From positions 7,211 to 71,210 of the forward strand of contig CAJOMQ010000001.1 in assembly GCA_905236715.1 (NCBI GenBank): a stretch of 64,000 nucleotides of DNA. The letters run 5' to 3'. A program made the position numbers and the translations under genes. Positions 43,403 through 52,560 of this stretch are shown one piece after another. The first letter of the stretch is position 1, and each line of letters opens with the position of its first letter. This DNA comes from an uncultured Bacilli bacterium. Lineage in GTDB: Bacteria > Bacillota_I > Bacilli_A > RFN20 > CAG-826. The notes beneath the pieces are model-generated. The model was not told where the DNA came from, did not search any database, and worked only from the letters and a program-made list of their open reading frames with translations.

Positions 43403-46009
43403 ATGAAAAAAATGACTTCCAGCGAAATTCGCAACATGTGGTTAGAATTCTTTCAAAGTAAAGGTCATCATATCGAACAAGGAGCCTCTTTGATTCCCAA
43501 GAATGACCCCACTTTGTTATGGATTAATGCCGGTGTAGCAGCGTTAAAGAAATATTTTGATGGTAGTGAAATTCCTCCCAGCCGTCGTATCACGAATGCG
43601 CAAAAATCAATCCGCACAAACGACATTGATAATGTTGGTAAAACCGCCCGTCATCATACCTTCTTTGAAATGCTTGGTAATTTCTCTATCGGTGATTATT
43701 TCCGTAAAGAAGTTATACCCTGGGCTTATGAATTATTAACCGATGATAAGTGGTTTGCTTTTCCTAAGGAAAAATTATATGTCACTTATCATCCCAGTGA
43801 TTTAGAAACGAAAAATTTATGGATTTCTTGTGGCATTTTACCTGATCACATGATTCCTCAAGAAGGCAATTTCTGGGAAATCGGCGCCGGTCCATGTGGT
43901 CCCGATACTGAAATATTCTTTGATCGTGGCGAAAAATATGATCCAGAAAATATCGGCGTCAAATTATTACAAGATGATTTAGAAAATGACCGCTATATTG
44001 AAATTTGGAATATTGTTTTCTCGCAATTTAATTCCGAACCCGGCAAAAAAAGAAGCGAATATAAAGAACTTCCTTCTAAAAATATCGATACCGGCGCGGG
44101 ATTAGAAAGATTTTGTTGTGTGATGCAAGAAACTGACACGAATTTTGAAACGGATTTATTCTGGCCATATATTGAACAAGTGGAAAAGATGTCTGGTCAT
44201 AAATATGAAGAAAATAAAATGGCCTTTCGAGTCATCGCTGACCATATTCGTGCAATTACCTTCGCTCTTGCCGATGGTGAGATGTTTTCTAATGAAGGAA
44301 GAGGATATGTCTTACGCCGCTTATTAAGAAGAGCGGATCGTTATGGCCGTGTTCTTGGTATTAACGAGCCATTCTTATATAAGATGGTGGATACCGTAGC
44401 AGAAGTCATGCATAGTTATTATCCATATCTAGAAGAAAAGAAGAATTTTGTCCAAAAGATGATTCAAGCGGAAGAAGAAAAATTCATCAAAACATTAGCT
44501 AATGGTGAGAATTTATTATTAAAAACTATCAAAGATAGTTCTCTTCTTTCTGGTAATGATATGTTTAAGTTATATGATACCTTTGGTTTCCCCAAAGAAT
44601 TGACCATGGAAATATGTGAAGAAAATCACGTCAAAGTGGATTTAGATGGTTTTAATAAATTGATGGATGAACAAAAACAAAGAGCGAGAAACGCCCGTGG
44701 TGATTTGCAATCCATGAATAAACAATCTCCCGATTTGATGAATTGTCAAATTCCGAGTGTCTTTACATATGGAGTAGAACCTATCCAAGGTAAAGTTGTG
44801 GCTTTATTCAAAGATGGTGTCCAAGTCGATAGCATCAATGAAGAAGGCGATATTATCTTTGATCAAACAACATTCTACGCGGAAAGTGGCGGTCAAGTCG
44901 CCGATATCGGTGATATCGCAAATGAAAATACCGCCGCAAAGGTATTAGATGTTCATAAAGCGCCCAATAAACAACATTTGCATCACGTAGAAGTTTTATA
45001 TGGTGAAATTAAAGTCGGTGATACCTTCACTTTAAAAGTGGACTCTTACCGTCGTAAGAAAATTGCCCGTAACCACAGTAGTGTTCACCTCTTACAAAAA
45101 GCTTTAACGGATGTTTTAGGTGACCATATTGCTCAACATGGTAGTTATGTCAATGATGAATATAGCCATTTTGACTTCAATCATTTTGAAAAAATGACCC
45201 CTGAACAAATCGCCGAAGTGGAAAGAAAAGTCAATCATTACATCGCTCAAGGAATTCCCTGTGAAACTAAGGTTTTACCAATCGAAGAAGCCAAAAAGAT
45301 GGGTGCCAAAGCTCTCTTTGATGATAAATATGGAGACACTGTCCGCGTGGTTTGCTTTGATGAAGTATCGAAAGAATTCTGTGGTGGCACGCATGTTTCT
45401 AATTCCAGTGATATCGGTTTATTTGTCATTGAATATGAAGAATCTGTCGCCGCCGGAATTAGAAGAATCCAAGCCCGTACTTCTTTAGAAGCATATGAAT
45501 TATTAAAGAAAAGAGAAAATATCTTATCGCACGTGAAAGATCAACTTGGTGTTAATTCCTTTGTTGATGTTCCCACACGTATCAATAATTTGAACAAAGA
45601 AAAAGAAGAATATAAGAAATTGAGTGAATCTCTTGCGGATAAATTAGCGTTTATCAACGCGCAATCATTAAAATCTTCTTTCCAAAATATCAATGGTGTG
45701 AATGTCTTATCCACTTTCTTAAAAGGTCAAAAAAGAGATAATTTATTATCTCTATTAGACAATTTGAAAGGTGAATATAACGATTATGTCATCGTTTTAA
45801 TCGGTGAAGAAAATGGCAATTTACCCGTGGTGGTATCTGCGAGTAAAAGTGCGAATGATAAAGGATTATTAGCCGGAAATATTGTCCGTGGCGTAGCACA
45901 AATATTAAAGGGTTCCGGTGGTGGCCGTCCCGATATGGCTAGCGGGGCAGGTAAAGATATTTCGCAAATGGAATTAGCCCTATCTTATGTGAAAGGTTTA
46001 ATTAAATAA
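43403..46009 (+). CDS. alaS: Alanine--tRNA ligase
   Basis: 868 aa. FFEMLGNFSIGDYF, editing-domain HSSVH...CGGTH, and a C-terminal DHHA1 domain. Confidence 0.97.
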   Translation: MKKMTSSEIRNMWLEFFQSKGHHIEQGASLIPKNDPTLLWINAGVAALKKYFDGSEIPPSRRITNAQKSIRTNDIDNVGKTARHHTFFEMLGNFSIGDYFRKEVIPWAYELLTDDKWFAFPKEKLYVTYHPSDLETKNLWISCGILPDHMIPQEGNFWEIGAGPCGPDTEIFFDRGEKYDPENIGVKLLQDDLENDRYIEIWNIVFSQFNSEPGKKRSEYKELPSKNIDTGAGLERFCCVMQETDTNFETDLFWPYIEQVEKMSGHKYEENKMAFRVIADHIRAITFALADGEMFSNEGRGYVLRRLLRRADRYGRVLGINEPFLYKMVDTVAEVMHSYYPYLEEKKNFVQKMIQAEEEKFIKTLANGENLLLKTIKDSSLLSGNDMFKLYDTFGFPKELTMEICEENHVKVDLDGFNKLMDEQKQRARNARGDLQSMNKQSPDLMNCQIPSVFTYGVEPIQGKVVALFKDGVQVDSINEEGDIIFDQTTFYAESGGQVADIGDIANENTAAKVLDVHKAPNKQHLHHVEVLYGEIKVGDTFTLKVDSYRRKKIARNHSSVHLLQKALTDVLGDHIAQHGSYVNDEYSHFDFNHFEKMTPEQIAEVERKVNHYIAQGIPCETKVLPIEEAKKMGAKALFDDKYGDTVRVVCFDEVSKEFCGGTHVSNSSDIGLFVIEYEESVAAGIRRIQARTSLEAYELLKKRENILSHVKDQLGVNSFVDVPTRINNLNKEKEEYKKLSESLADKLAFINAQSLKSSFQNINGVNVLSTFLKGQKRDNLLSLLDNLKGEYNDYVIVLIGEENGNLPVVVSASKSANDKGLLAGNIVRGVAQILKGSGGGRPDMASGAGKDISQMELALSYVKGLIK

Positions 46010-46446
46010 TGGTGGATAAAGTTATTGGCTTAGATTTAGGAACAACCACTTTAGGCATTGCTTATAACGATTCTTTGGGATTTGTACACGGCATTGAAAC
46101 CTTTCGTTTCCCGAAAAATCAATATATTGTGGCCCGTAAACATGTCCATGAAATCGTGGAACGTTATATGATAAAAGAAATCGCAATCGGCTTACCTCTC
46201 CACTTGAGTGGAGATATGTCTGATATGGCGGAAAATGTCTTACGTTTTATCTCTGATTTAAAATCAGAAGACCCCACTTTAGATATTCATACAGTGGATG
46301 AAAGATTATCTTCCGTCAGCGCCAATAAAACGATTTCCACATTAGGTATGAATCACCAGCAAAGAAAAGATTCTGTCGATCGCATCGCGGCTTGTGTCAT
46401 ACTAGATACATATATAAGAGCAAAGGAGAATCAACATGGAAATTAA
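46009..46446 (+). CDS. ruvX: Holliday-junction resolvase-like / pre-16S rRNA nuclease YqgF
   Basis: GLDLGTTTLGIA N-terminus, DERLSS motif, and the conserved position after alaS. Confidence 0.9.
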   Translation: MVDKVIGLDLGTTTLGIAYNDSLGFVHGIETFRFPKNQYIVARKHVHEIVERYMIKEIAIGLPLHLSGDMSDMAENVLRFISDLKSEDPTLDIHTVDERLSSVSANKTISTLGMNHQQRKDSVDRIAACVILDTYIRAKENQHGN

Positions 46447-46711
46447 TGATGAAAAAAGAATGATTGTGCTTGATGATCAAGGCAATGAATATAATATGGA
46501 AATTCTTTTTACCTATGAACATGAGGAAAGAAAGAAAAAATATGTCTTCTTCTATGATGAAAATAATCCCGAAGAAATCTACGTGATGAGTTATAACGAT
46601 GAGGGAGAATTAGAAGATGTTGTTGATGAAGAAGAATATAACGAAATGTTAGAAGTCTTCAATGCCTATCAAGAAGACCCCGAAATCCAAAATTTAAAAG
46701 AAGAAAACTAA
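46436..46711 (+). CDS. DUF1292 (YrzB-like) protein
   Basis: 91 aa, acidic, with the typical D-x-x-G-x-E ... E-x-x-Y pattern. Conserved alaS-ruvX-DUF1292 synteny. Confidence 0.75.
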   Translation: MEINDEKRMIVLDDQGNEYNMEILFTYEHEERKKKYVFFYDENNPEEIYVMSYNDEGELEDVVDEEEYNEMLEVFNAYQEDPEIQNLKEEN

Positions 46712-47287
46712 TTAAATAAATAAAATGATGCCTAATCCGGCTGATATAGCTAATAAGACAATCGGATGCAGGCTCTTTTTATTTACCTTTTGATATAAAT
46801 AAGCAAAGCTTCCTAAAAATAATAAAAGAGTAAATCCTTTGCGATTAAAAGAAATGGTTTGGGAAAATAAATCATTACCCATAAAGCAAATCGTTTGCAC
46901 CATAAAGATAATCGCGGTACTTAAGATGAGGGCTAATATAACTGGTCTTACACCTCTTAAAGCACCTTTCACAAAACGATTAGATAATATCTTAGTTAAG
47001 ATGAAGGCTACTAATAAGATGATGATAAAAGAGGGTAAAACGACACCAATCGTGGAACATATCGCTCCACCTATACCAGCGGTTTGACTACCAACAAAAG
47101 TGGCAATGTTAATAGCGAAAGGTCCAGGAGTGGATTCACTAATCGCGATAAAATTGGCTAAAGTGGAAGAAGATAGCCAACCACGGGCGACCACCTCATT
47201 TTCAATCATCGGGATCATCGCATAGCCGCCACCAAAGGTGAATAGGCCTATGAGAAAGAAAACGTAGAATAATTCAAAATAAATCAT
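46712..47287 (-). CDS. Chromate transporter (CHR family), short-chain subunit 2
   Basis: FGGGYAMIPMIENEVV and ISESTPGPFAINIATFVG motifs. 191 aa. Overlaps its partner by 4 nt. Confidence 0.85.
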   Translation of the reverse strand: MIYFELFYVFFLIGLFTFGGGYAMIPMIENEVVARGWLSSSTLANFIAISESTPGPFAINIATFVGSQTAGIGGAICSTIGVVLPSFIIILLVAFILTKILSNRFVKGALRGVRPVILALILSTAIIFMVQTICFMGNDLFSQTISFNRKGFTLLLFLGSFAYLYQKVNKKSLHPIVLLAISAGLGIILFI

Positions 47288-47874
47288 TCTTTCTTATCTC
47301 CTTTCTTGTTTAATGCGGTAGCAATAATACCCACAATCATCCCGATAGCGATAAATATCAAAGAAACAGAAGGAATATTGACCTGTAAAAAGCTTAATAA
47401 AAGCATTCCAATCAAAGTAAAAGCGAATAATATGACACTCAATAAATCTCTTTTGACGGATTTTGATAATTTAATAACCGCCATAATAAGTAGGATAATG
47501 ACACCGATTTTTAATCCCGCAAATGCGGCGTAGACAACGCGCCATGTCATAAACTGTTCATAAAATAAAGAAATGACAAAGATAATATCAAAAGATGGTA
47601 ATATCAGTCCTAATGTGGCGAAGAAACTACCCCAAAACCCCATCACACGGAAACCAACATATGTCGCCGTATTAATGGAAATCGGACCAGGAGTGGATTC
47701 GCTAATGGCTAAAATATCTAATACTTCTCCGGCGGGAATCCATTTTCTTTTTTCAACGACTTCTTTTTGGATGATGGGAATCATTGCATATCCCCCTCCA
47801 AAAGTTAATAAACCGATTTTGAAAAAGGAGATAAATAATTGCCAGATTAATTTAAAGGGATTTTCTTTTTTCAT
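47284..47874 (-). CDS. Chromate transporter (CHR family), short-chain subunit 1
   Basis: FGGGYAMIPIIQKEVV and ISESTPGPISINTATYVG motifs. 196 aa. Confidence 0.85.
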   Translation of the reverse strand: MKKENPFKLIWQLFISFFKIGLLTFGGGYAMIPIIQKEVVEKRKWIPAGEVLDILAISESTPGPISINTATYVGFRVMGFWGSFFATLGLILPSFDIIFVISLFYEQFMTWRVVYAAFAGLKIGVIILLIMAVIKLSKSVKRDLLSVILFAFTLIGMLLLSFLQVNIPSVSLIFIAIGMIVGIIATALNKKGDKKE

Positions 47875-47954
47875 AAAACGCGGCTTTTATTATATAAAAT
47901 AACACGGCTAAGGGCAAATTATTGTCGTAATAGGGGAAACATATAATTAAAATA

Positions 47955-47983
47955 TGGAATTTCAAATTCGTTATTGTTATAAT
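47955..47983 (+). promoter_or_regulatory. Candidate extended -10 promoter of greA
   Basis: TGGAAT (47955-47960), 17 nt, then TGT-TATAAT (TATAAT at 47978-47983). A 7-bp inverted repeat cgttatt/aataacg spans the -10. Confidence 0.45.
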
Positions 47984-48013
47984 AACGCACGGTACACAAA
48001 AAGAGGTAAGTTT

Positions 48014-48484
48014 ATGGCCGAGAAAATTAAATTAACGAAAGCTGGTTATAAAAAATTAGAAGAAGAACTTCGCACTTTATTAGATGTCACACGTGACGAA
48101 GTTAAAAGACAATTAGCGGAAGCGCGTGCGCAAGGTGACTTAAGTGAAAACGCTGACTACGATGCCGCGAGATCCAAACAAGCCGAAGTCGAAGGTCGTA
48201 TTAAAGAAATCGAATATATCTTAGCAAATTGCGAAATTATCGATGAAGGTAATAAGAAAACCAATAAAGTAGCCTTAGGTTCCACAGTGACTATTAAAAA
48301 TTTAGAAACTGATAAAGAAGAAGAATATACCATCGTGGGTTCTGTAGAAAGTGATCCATTCAATGGCAAAATCTCTAACTCCTGTCCTCTAGGTGAAGCG
48401 ATTGTTGGTAAAAGCGTTGGCGATATCGTCGATGTCAAAGCCATCAAAAACTACAAAGTACAAATTGTGAAAATTGGCAAATAA
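48014..48484 (+). CDS. greA: Transcription elongation factor GreA
   Basis: The ATG at 48014 follows an agagg SD and gives 156 aa. Typical coiled-coil DLSENADYDAA and C-terminal domain. Confidence 0.95.
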   Translation: MAEKIKLTKAGYKKLEEELRTLLDVTRDEVKRQLAEARAQGDLSENADYDAARSKQAEVEGRIKEIEYILANCEIIDEGNKKTNKVALGSTVTIKNLETDKEEEYTIVGSVESDPFNGKISNSCPLGEAIVGKSVGDIVDVKAIKNYKVQIVKIGK

Positions 48485-48502
48485 ATAATCAACAATGAAA
48501 AG

Positions 48503-48528
48503 AAGGCGAATTTTTTCGCCTTTTTTTC
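48503..48528 (+). terminator. Intrinsic terminator after greA
   Basis: aggcgaa-tttt-ttcgcct followed by TTTTTT. Confidence 0.8.
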
Positions 48529-48661
48529 ATTTATAAATAAATGAAGATAATTATTTTATAAAAAATAAAAATTTTTTTGGTAAATTTGGCCATTTCCTCC
48601 CTATTTGATTAGTAGAGGGAAATTTCCTTCTATATTAGCCAATAAGGCAAAGGAGGTATTT

Positions 48662-49207
48662 ATGGCAAAAATTGTTATTGGCGTCTTAGTAGCCACAGTC
48701 GTGGTCATTGTCGGATTCATGGTCTTGGATCCCAAAATCAATCTCACCAACACTTCTTTAGTGAGCGAAACAATCGATGGTAAAGGTTTAGGTGGTTACA
48801 CTTATGTGATTGAAGGAGAAGTCAATAAACCAGGTAGTTATTCTCTAACGGAAAATATTACCATGGCGGATTTAATATCCGCGGCTGGTGGGGTCACTAG
48901 TAATGCGGATGATTTAGCGTGGTTTGATGACGCGACTTTAAAAGCGGGCAGCACTTATTATATTGCGAGCAAATATAACGCAAGTGATATATGTAGTAGT
49001 GAACCGATTACCAAAGTAAACATTAACACGGATACCGCGGATACTTTAGTGACAATCAATGGCATTACTTCTTCCATTGCGAGCTCAATTGTCTCTTATC
49101 GCACCGGAACGGGGCAATTCCAAACCATTGAACAATTAACGGAAGTCTATGGTGTTGGTAACGCTACCTATCGAAAAATACGTAATTTTGTGACGTTGCA
49201 CGAGTGA
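48662..49207 (+). CDS. comEA: ComEA-family DNA receptor (TM anchor + SLBB-like domain + helix-hairpin-helix)
   Basis: The ATG at 48662 follows an aaggagg SD. The C-terminus has INTDTADTLVTINGI...IEQLTEVYGVGNATYRKI HhH motifs. Confidence 0.85.
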   Translation: MAKIVIGVLVATVVVIVGFMVLDPKINLTNTSLVSETIDGKGLGGYTYVIEGEVNKPGSYSLTENITMADLISAAGGVTSNADDLAWFDDATLKAGSTYYIASKYNASDICSSEPITKVNINTDTADTLVTINGITSSIASSIVSYRTGTGQFQTIEQLTEVYGVGNATYRKIRNFVTLHE

Positions 49208-51219
49208 TTATTTTTCTTTTCTTCCTCTTTTATTGGATTGGGCTATCTTTCCGGTATAGTTATATCATCTTTATTATTATCGCGTTGATATTGCTATTAT
49301 TCGTATGGAAGAAATACCGCTATAAGATGGCTTTGATCTATTTAGCAACTTTTCTACTCGGGGTTGGCGTTAGTTATATTCGTATTGATATTAAAAGTGA
49401 TAACTATTCGGGCCTTGTTGTAGAAGCCAGAGATAATTATTTCATCTTGCTCTCCAAAGGAGAGAAATTATATGTTTATCAAAAAGATAATACATATGAA
49501 ATAGGTGATTATTTATCGATTTCTGGAGAGAAGAAAGAAACGAACTTTAGCAAGATTGAGAGTCAATTTGATTTCTCTTCTTATTTAGAAAGAAAAGGCA
49601 TTGTTTATGAACTAACCCCTCAAAATATCAAATCCATATCCCTATCTATACTCCGTATCAACAAATCCAAAAAATCATTTCTCAATCACTTCGATGAACA
49701 GACTGCAGATTTAGTCAAATCTCTATTATTCGCCCAGCAAGAATCTGACTTACTGGATGGAAATATTAATTATTTGCATCTGTCTCGATTAGTTAATATG
49801 AGTGGAGTTTATATCTATGCCTTTCTTTCCATGCTGGAATTTGCTCTATCATTTCTATTCAAAAAGAAGTGGGCCAAATTAGCCAGTCATGGTGTGTTAT
49901 TACCTTATTACATCTTTACTTTTCCAAGATTTACCATTATTAGAATATTTGTTTTACAAATATTAAGGTGGTTTAATCAATATGTTTTTAAGAAGAAATT
50001 TTCTTCTTTAGATATATTAGGTATCGGTGGATTATTCTTTTTATTCATCGATTACCATCTCGGTTATCAAGATAGCTTTATCATCGGTTTTACGCTACCG
50101 GCGATAATCGCTTTCATGAAAGAAGGGACATGGTGGTTAAAAGGTTTCAAAAAGAAAATATTAGAAGCCTTCTTCATCAATTTATTGATGATTCCTTTCG
50201 AAATCAAATATTATCAGAGCATCAACCTATTATTAATACCCATACAAACTCTATTCACCCCCTTAATCTTCCTTTTCGCACTCTGTGCTATGCTCTGCTT
50301 TTATAAGATTCCCATTTATGGGGCATGTGCGTTTTTCTATCATCCCATTGATGGATTAGCCTCTATATTGAAAAAAGTTACCTTCCCAATTAATGTTCCT
50401 TCTTTTTCTCCTTGGTTCTTACTCTTATATATCATCTTGTTAATCGCGGTATTTTATTATCGTGGGATAAATTTTATACCGTTATATAAAACTTTAACTA
50501 TTTCCATATTGTCTTTATTAACACTATATTGCTTACCAATAAATAATTTAATCAGTGAATCGGTAACTTTTATTAATGTTGGACAAGGGGATGCATGCCT
50601 TGTGCAAAGAGGAACAACCTCTATATTAATCGATACCGGTGGTCTATCTTATATGGATGTCGCTAAAGAAAGTCTTATTCCATATTTTAAAAAACAAAGA
50701 ATTTATGATATCGATTTATTAATCACCACGCATGATGATTATGATCATTCTGGAGCATTAGATTCTCTAAAAGAGAATTTCTATGTCAAAAAAGTGGTGC
50801 AAGAGGCTACTTCTTTCCCGATATCTATTGGTGGAATAACTTTAAATAATTACAACACCCATATTAGTGAATATAGTGATGATAACGATAAGTCTCTCGT
50901 CATTGGATTTCATTTAATGCGCAAAGATTTTCTCATCATGGGAGATGCCCCAATTGCGGTAGAGAAAAATATCATCAATGAATTTCCTAATTTAAAATGC
51001 GATATTCTCAAACTTGGTCATCACGGTAGTAAAACTTCCACTTGTGAAGAATTTATCCGCTTTTTAAATCCGGAATGCGCCATTATCTCATGCGGGTTAA
51101 ATAATCGATATGGTCATCCGCATCAAGAAGTCTTACAAATTTTAAATAAATACAACATTCCATACTTAAGAACGGATTATCAAGGAAGTATTCATTTTTC
51201 TAACTACATTTTTATGTAG
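49204..51219 (+). CDS. comEC: ComEC/Rec2 DNA internalisation channel with a C-terminal metallo-beta-lactamase domain
   Basis: Polytopic membrane core. The C-terminus has NVGQGDA...THDDYDHSG...GHHGS. The GTG start overlaps the comEA TGA stop. Confidence 0.88.
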   Translation: MIIFLFFLFYWIGLSFRYSYIIFIIIALILLLFVWKKYRYKMALIYLATFLLGVGVSYIRIDIKSDNYSGLVVEARDNYFILLSKGEKLYVYQKDNTYEIGDYLSISGEKKETNFSKIESQFDFSSYLERKGIVYELTPQNIKSISLSILRINKSKKSFLNHFDEQTADLVKSLLFAQQESDLLDGNINYLHLSRLVNMSGVYIYAFLSMLEFALSFLFKKKWAKLASHGVLLPYYIFTFPRFTIIRIFVLQILRWFNQYVFKKKFSSLDILGIGGLFFLFIDYHLGYQDSFIIGFTLPAIIAFMKEGTWWLKGFKKKILEAFFINLLMIPFEIKYYQSINLLLIPIQTLFTPLIFLFALCAMLCFYKIPIYGACAFFYHPIDGLASILKKVTFPINVPSFSPWFLLLYIILLIAVFYYRGINFIPLYKTLTISILSLLTLYCLPINNLISESVTFINVGQGDACLVQRGTTSILIDTGGLSYMDVAKESLIPYFKKQRIYDIDLLITTHDDYDHSGALDSLKENFYVKKVVQEATSFPISIGGITLNNYNTHISEYSDDNDKSLVIGFHLMRKDFLIMGDAPIAVEKNIINEFPNLKCDILKLGHHGSKTSTCEEFIRFLNPECAIISCGLNNRYGHPHQEVLQILNKYNIPYLRTDYQGSIHFSNYIFM

Positions 51220-51239
51220 TTTGTTGCTACAATAATTAC

Positions 51240-52226
51240 ATGATTTATTTCATCTTTGGTAATCAAACCGAACTTATCCGTAATCACATCAAGAAAATTG
51301 CGAAAACCAATCTACCCGAAGTTGACGATATGAATTTCGTCAAATTTGATGGTAGTGAAGTCTTGGTGCAAGATTTTGTTGATGAAGCTAATTACATTCC
51401 TTTGGGTTATGATAAAAAAGTGGTCGCGGTCACTAATTGCTATTGGATGCAGAAAAGAAAAGGCCGCAACAAGATTGAATCAGAACAAAATTACAAAGTT
51501 CTCGTGGAATATTTAAAACACCCCAATCCCGATTGTGAACTCATTTTAACTTTACCTAGTAGTGAGGTAGATAAAAATAGTGAGATTGGGAAATTAATTT
51601 TCGCGAACGCGGAAATTCGGGAAGCTAATGACCCTGATCCCAAAACTTGGAAAGAATATGTGCAAAAACAAGTCAGTAAACTGAACGCGGAAAATCCTAA
51701 TTTCCGTATGGATAGAGATGCTTTAGAAGAATTATCAAGTCGTACGGAAGGGGATATCCCCATGTTTAAAAATTCTTTAGCCAAACTATCTTTATATACT
51801 GACCATGTCCGTTATGAAGATATTTTATTAATGGTCACGAGACCTTTAGAAGATAATGTTTACCAAATATTTAATTATTTATTAAATGATAAAAATGAAT
51901 TAGCGGTGAAATTATTCCGTGACTTGAAAGTTACTAATGTGGAACCAGTCAGTCTTATTTCTACCTTAGCGGGACAGTTCCGTTTACTCAATCAAGTCGT
52001 CTTTTTAGCGAAAAAGAGTTTCACTAACGAAGAAATCGCCGATAAATTAGGTATTAAACCCGTGCGTGTACAAATCTTAAGGAGAAATACCTATTCTTTA
52101 TCCGAAAAGGCCTTGCACCGCACATTGGATGATTTATTTAATTTAGATTTACAAATTAAAAGCGGCCAAGTGAATGACCGCTATTACGCTTTTGAGCTAT
52201 TTTTAATAAATTTTAAACGAGATTAA
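51240..52226 (+). CDS. holA: DNA polymerase III subunit delta
   Basis: 328 aa, in the conserved position after comEC and convergent with rpsT. Typical HolA N-terminus (IYFIFGNQ..LI). Confidence 0.8.
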   Translation: MIYFIFGNQTELIRNHIKKIAKTNLPEVDDMNFVKFDGSEVLVQDFVDEANYIPLGYDKKVVAVTNCYWMQKRKGRNKIESEQNYKVLVEYLKHPNPDCELILTLPSSEVDKNSEIGKLIFANAEIREANDPDPKTWKEYVQKQVSKLNAENPNFRMDRDALEELSSRTEGDIPMFKNSLAKLSLYTDHVRYEDILLMVTRPLEDNVYQIFNYLLNDKNELAVKLFRDLKVTNVEPVSLISTLAGQFRLLNQVVFLAKKSFTNEEIADKLGIKPVRVQILRRNTYSLSEKALHRTLDDLFNLDLQIKSGQVNDRYYAFELFLINFKRD

Positions 52227-52229
52227 TTC

Positions 52230-52493
52230 TTATTTCAAAGAATTGACTAAACGTCTAATTTCCGATTTCTGTCTTGCACCGGTATTTTTGTGTTGAATAC
52301 CATCGCTGACACTCTTATCAATTAAACGTTCAGCAGCGACTAATAATTCTTCTGCTTTGGCTAAATCTTTTTCTTCAACTGCTAATTTGACTTTCTTAAT
52401 AGAAGTTCTCACAGCGCTTTTTGCGGAAGCATTTCTTTGACGCGCTTTTTCGTTTGTGCCGTTACGTTTAATTTGGGATTTTATGTTTGCCAT
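52230..52493 (-). CDS. rpsT: 30S ribosomal protein S20
   Basis: MANIKSQIKR... basic 87-aa protein. Confidence 0.95.
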   Translation of the reverse strand: MANIKSQIKRNGTNEKARQRNASAKSAVRTSIKKVKLAVEEKDLAKAEELLVAAERLIDKSVSDGIQHKNTGARQKSEIRRLVNSLK

Positions 52494-52560
52494 AATTTAC
52501 CTCGCCTTCTCGATATCGTTTGTTATACTACCAAATGTAAATAAATAATGCAAATTATTT

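Noticed and set aside
46712-47874. Two adjacent ~190-aa chromate-transporter ORFs, considered as a possible frameshifted chrA pseudogene.
   Set aside because: Each half has its own complete FGGGYAMIP...ISESTPGP motif set, and the two overlap by 4 nt. This matches the known short-chain CHR pairs (for example Bacillus YwrA/YwrB-type) rather than a broken gene.
48585-48640. Possible regulatory hairpin and ggaaatttcc palindrome upstream of comEA.
   Set aside because: The stem needs a bulge and a mismatch, has no clear U-tract, and contains no recognisable competence (ComK or cin-box-like) motif. The evidence is too weak to call.
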